Source: Veleropilina oligotropha | Lineage: Eukaryota | Assembly (NCBI GenBank): GCA_048128005.1 | Contig: JBEUKZ010000058.1 | Coordinates: 124,001 to 188,000, forward strand | Direction of reading: 5' to 3' | Length of the DNA stretch: 64,000 nucleotides | Part shown: positions 63,449 through 64,000 of the stretch, piece by piece | How positions within the stretch are numbered: the first letter of the stretch is position 1 | Layout: every line of letters starts with the position of its first letter | The notes under the pieces: model-generated | Seen by the model: the letters and a program-made list of their open reading frames with translations, nothing else | Database searches by the model: none | Told to the model about the DNA's origin: nothing | Translations under genes and position numbers: made by a program

Positions 63449-64000
63449 ATGGACAACTGGCATCCGAACCAGCATCCAGACAGAATGGACAACCGGCATC
63501 CAGACAGAGAATGGACAACCACCATCAAGACAGAGAATGGGCAATCGGCATCAAGACAGAGAATGGGCAACCGGCATCAAGACAGAGAATGGGCAACCGG
63601 CATCAAGACAGAGAATGGACAACCGGCATCAAGACAGAGAATGGACAACCGGCATCAAGACAGAGAATGGGCAATCGACATCCGAACCAGCATCCAGAAA
63701 GAGAATGGGCAACCGGCATCCGAACCAGCATCCAGAGAATGGGCAATCAACATCCGAACCAGCGTCCAGACAGAGAATGGGCAACCAGTATCCAGACAGA
63801 GAATGAATGGACAACCAGCATTCGAACCAGCATCCAGACAGAGAATGGGCAACCGGCATCAGAACCAGCATCCATATAGAGAATGGGCAACCGGCATCCA
63901 AACCGGTGTCCAGCATCCAGACAGAGAATGGGCAACCGGTATCCAGACAGAGAATGGGCAAACAGCATCCAGACAGAACGGGCAACCGACATCCGAACCA
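63449..64000. repeat. ~26-bp compound minisatellite running off the window
   Basis: gacagagaatgggcaaccggcatcaa, with ccgaaccagcat variants. Confidence 0.9.

Overview
AT-rich animal genomic DNA. The repeat repertoire suggests a lophotrochozoan or other marine invertebrate (inference). Three spliced genes can be rebuilt by eye: (1) the 3' part of a LEDGF/HDGFRP2-family gene with an integrase-binding domain (+, six exons 799-15376, last intron apparently GC-AG); (2) a complete p24-gamma cargo receptor, TMED7/TMED3-like (+, 23806-28055, 212 aa); (3) a complete Rab27 (-, 57453-42978, five coding exons, 228 aa). Rab27 intron 1 holds a full-length but mutated DIRS1-type tyrosine-recombinase retrotransposon (49562-56275) with ITRs, ICR, gag, RT/RNaseH/MTase and YR. 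The rest is dense with minisatellites, SINEs, Helentron-type satellite-carrying elements, hAT-, Kolobok-, Sola- and Crypton-like non-autonomous elements and a Tc1 relic. Most notable: a 2.1-kb minisatellite made from the Rab27 start-codon region, with a triplicated splice acceptor; a second array seeded at the Rab27 stop codon; a DIRS element flanked by an atypical ~60-bp duplication whose right copy expanded into an array; putative introns inside the DIRS; and a four-level nested transposon stack. No tools were run, so family assignments come from motif recognition and repeat copy numbers are hand estimates.
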